NCBI RefSeq assembly: GCF_037042905.1
Contig: NC_087252.1
Span: 15,750,001 to 15,814,000, forward strand
Direction of reading: 5' to 3'
DNA: 64,000 nucleotides
Source: Lytechinus pictus
Taxonomy: Eukaryota
Of this stretch, positions 60,790-64,000 are shown one piece after another. Position 1 is the first letter of the stretch, and each line of letters opens with the position of its first letter. Below the pieces are notes generated by a model, which saw nothing but the letters and a program-made list of their open reading frames with translations, was not told where the DNA came from and ran no database searches. The position numbers were made by a program, and so were the translations under genes.

Positions 60790-63060
60790 TTGGAGTGGGG
60801 ATGGTGGATGGAATTTCCCTCACGTGTGATCCGTTCCTTTTCAAGATTCCTCCGTTTGGCTTTGATACTTCGTAAGACCTGGGTTCCTCACAGACTTTGG
60901 ATGCTTTAGCTGGTATCCAAGTGTGTTATCTTGGATGTATAACTCTCACTGGCTGTCCTACATGTAGAGGTGGTAGATCAGAACTTGCATGTCGATAATG
61001 CCCTTCCTTCACCTTGCCTTGCCTATTCAAGAGAAAATCAGTGGCAGTAGAATCTCTCGAGAAATAGTGACTTGATAATGTGGTTCTGATGGGTCTACCA
61101 AATAACATTTCTGCTGTTGCTCTCAGGTTCATCATTGCTAGTTGACTGTCTTGGCCAGTCTGAGAACATTTTGTCAACAGATTCTTGACTGTACGAACCA
61201 TCCTCTGAGCTAATCCGTTTGATCTTGGATAGTGTGGAGAAGAAGTAATGTGCTTGATATTCCACTTCTTTTTTTCTGCTGCCTTGCTTGATGTTTCTGG
61301 CATGTTTCACTCTACTTTATTAACTGGTCGATGTCCTCGTTGATGTTTGACAAGAACACCGTCTCGCGAGCAAGTCAGCTGGTACTTTCGATTCCCATGT
61401 GTCCTAGGTGAAGCTGTCCAAGAATATCATTCCTCAGTGACTTCGGTACGATGACTTGACTTCCCGTGAAGAGTATTCCATGTGATAATCCGATGTTATC
61501 TCTATACGACCAATACTGCATAAGGGATTTCAATAACTCTTGGATTGTTTCAGGCCAACTCTTAGTAACTATCTGCCATAACGATCTAGGTATTGGATCA
61601 TTAGCTGTTTCTCTCTGAAGTTCTGTTCTCTTGTGATTTCTGAAGAGTAATAAGTCGATCGCATATGCGAATCTTTTTCCTAAGAGCAGACGGATTTAAC
61701 TCTGACACCTAACGGTACATCGCATGCTTCCTTGGGATTACAAAGTCAACTCAATGAATCGGAAAGAATCATGTTGTTTCCAGGTCGGTAATTGACTTGA
61801 AACCTGTTTCCTTGGACTTTGATTATAAGCGATCGCTGTAGATGCGGCAGTGCACTTGTAAGAATTTTTCCCCATATAATTTCCAGTGGTCTGTGATTGA
61901 TTATGACTGTGAATTCCTTCTCGAACTGATATTATAGAAGCGTTTGGTACCAAACATTAGGACTAAGATTTCCCTCTATGTTTGAGTAGTTGGACTGTGC
62001 AGTGGAAAGACTTTGGATGCAAACGCAGCAGGTTACCATCCTGAAGCAAGGCATGCTCCTAGATCTTTCATTGATGTATCCATCTCGACAGGCCTCTCTC
62101 TCTGGGTCATAGAACTGTAGGCATGCACCTGATGATACTGCACATTTCAGGCTGTTCAAGGAATGCTCATGATCATCTTCCCAGATGAACGGTACTTCCT
62201 TGTGGAGAAGTTATCGAAGTGGTGCTGACTTTTCCCACAAATTAGGAATATATGCTGCTAGGTATTTGAACAATATTAGGCATTTCTGAACATCATCCTC
62301 TTCGTCCTTGGGTAATAGTACTTGGGTAATGTGTTGGCTTCTACCTTGCTAGGATCTGAGTAGATATCTGATCTAGTGCACTTGGAGCCAAAGAAGTTGA
62401 TAGCTTCTTTCTTGATTGTGCACTTGGAGCTGTTGAACACTGAGCCTTCTTGCTTTGCCGTCTCCATGAACAAGTACCGATTCTTGTCGTGTTCCTCCAC
62501 GTTGATCTTGTCCTACAATTAATGTGCTGCACTTGCGTGGTGCGTCTATGGTAGGTTTAGCGATGTCCTTGACATGAAACATCGTTTTTTCCTTTAAAAC
62601 TACCAATAGCATCGAACTGCTCTGGAAATGCTTGTTCGAGATCCTCATCACTTGTGATAAGTATTTGTTCAGGTTTAGGGTTAGGTGTTGGTGTGTCATA
62701 ATTGTACATTGAGTAAATTGTGATAATTCCAAGGTCAGTGCAACCTAACAACCCAAGGATAGCTGAAACCTTGACATCTGGTACATAGAATGTCTATGTT
62801 GAACATTTTGGACTGTAACATTTTATGTCAAATTAGTGTACCTTTACATTTGATTGGAATCTCACCATAAGCTTCAAGTTTTACTGGTGTTTGTTTCACT
62901 AATGATTCCCACTTTGAACTCTATATTTCATCGGCGTACGGACTATGATAGTGTTAGTACTTGCACTTGAGTCAACTCTTAGGTAGAGCTTATGTTGACC
63001 GGCTCTGTGGGCATATGTAAATGTTAGCAAATGCTACTGTGCCTTCTGAATTTACAACTG
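60790..63060 (-). mobile_element. Decayed Ty3/Gypsy LTR retrotransposon pol
   Basis: Fragments occur in PR-RT-RH-IN order: LRVDSSASTNTI (protease-like), EEHDKN...FNSSKCTI...INFFG (RT), LSTAQSNYSNIE (RNase H), ILGQLHLGHMGIE (IN zinc finger), HITSSPHYPRSNGLAQRMVRTVK (IN core). Many frameshifts; LTRs not identified. Confidence 0.88.
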
Positions 63061-64000
63061 TGTATGGTCCATTGGTATGTATTATGTCAAATTATGCAAA
63101 GTTGGATAGACTGCCTTTAGACTGATAATGATCAGGATCTGTGATAGTATCGTGTGCTGTGTCCATTTCGCTGATTGGTTAGTTCTTTCGACGTTTTGAT
63201 TTTGATCGTGATTTCTTTTGTTTTGGTAAACGACCATCACATACCATGTCAGATCTTCGGTCATCTGAACTACGTTATGGTTTTTAACTATGATCACTTT
63301 TTGACTGACGACAGAATTACCCCCAATGATTTTTACTGTGGAGAGCAAATTCCATTAATATTGACCCCCAAATGGTTCATAGTTGTCTGAGATTGATAAT
63401 TGAGGTTTTTTCCTTCATTATGAAAGCAAACGGAACAGAGTTGTAAACATAAGAGATATACAATAAACAGAATATTGGCTCTTCATAAATTTAGAAAAGA
63501 GTTAGAACGTGTTGGAAAATAAACCTGATTTTGGAATACAGGGCACAGATTCAAAATACAGATAAGGTTGGGGTAGCTTTGACATGTTCCTTTCAGTTAT
63601 GTATTGATATGTCAGAACTTCATCTCTATTACCTGCAGTGCTAGTGTATCTTATAAATGTTTCCAAACGACTTCAATAAATAAATTTCTTTATGATGTAA
63701 CAGAAACACCTTTTTGTCCTTTACATCCTTCTGAATCAGATACATTTCTATTACCATGCACATTCTATACTGTACATTACGGTGTGTTAGTCATACCAAC
63801 ACAATCGAAGCGAAAGGCTGATCAGAGCTATTGTATTATTTGAATGGCATACCATTCATCACTTTGCAATCGTTTTCATAGGTGTGACTGCCACACCGAC
63901 GTTGCTTTTTGGCCTCACTTTAGCGCAAAATCGCTTAATACATTCAGCATATTTTCCTTCTATCTGAAGCAAATGAAGATACTCATGGTGGCATGAAGCC

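Overview
AT-rich, intron- and transposon-rich animal genomic DNA; a marine deuterostome such as a sea urchin is likely, but that is inferred from gene and repeat style only. Most ORF-track entries are spurious or read through splice sites. (1) + strand, 59-22134: the 3' part of a Roundabout (Robo) gene, rebuilt by hand as about 24 phase-compatible GT-AG exons. It encodes Ig4, Ig5, four FN3 modules (canonical Robo has three), a TM helix and a tail with CC0, CC1, CC2 and CC3-like motifs. A candidate 24-nt microexon behind a ~450-nt AG-free zone sits in the Ig4-Ig5 linker. (2) - strand, 56685-29212, convergent with Robo: an apparently complete 15-exon gene for an ~827-aa type I membrane protein that I cannot name. 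Its order is signal peptide, EGF, duplicated mucin exons, Cys-reduced EGF remnants, RTKR furin site, FN3, EGF-like units, TM, and a tail with FxNPxY, 3x EYIY, PTAP/PSAP and PxxxPR. (3) Many mobile elements: a ~6-kb non-coding foldback element (32238-38190); a SINE inside it with a 7SL/Alu-like head (34105-34286); TA-, TTAA-, CWG-, 5-bp- and 8-bp-TSD non-autonomous DNA elements; CR1/L2-type LINE fragments; and a decayed Gypsy pol near the right end.
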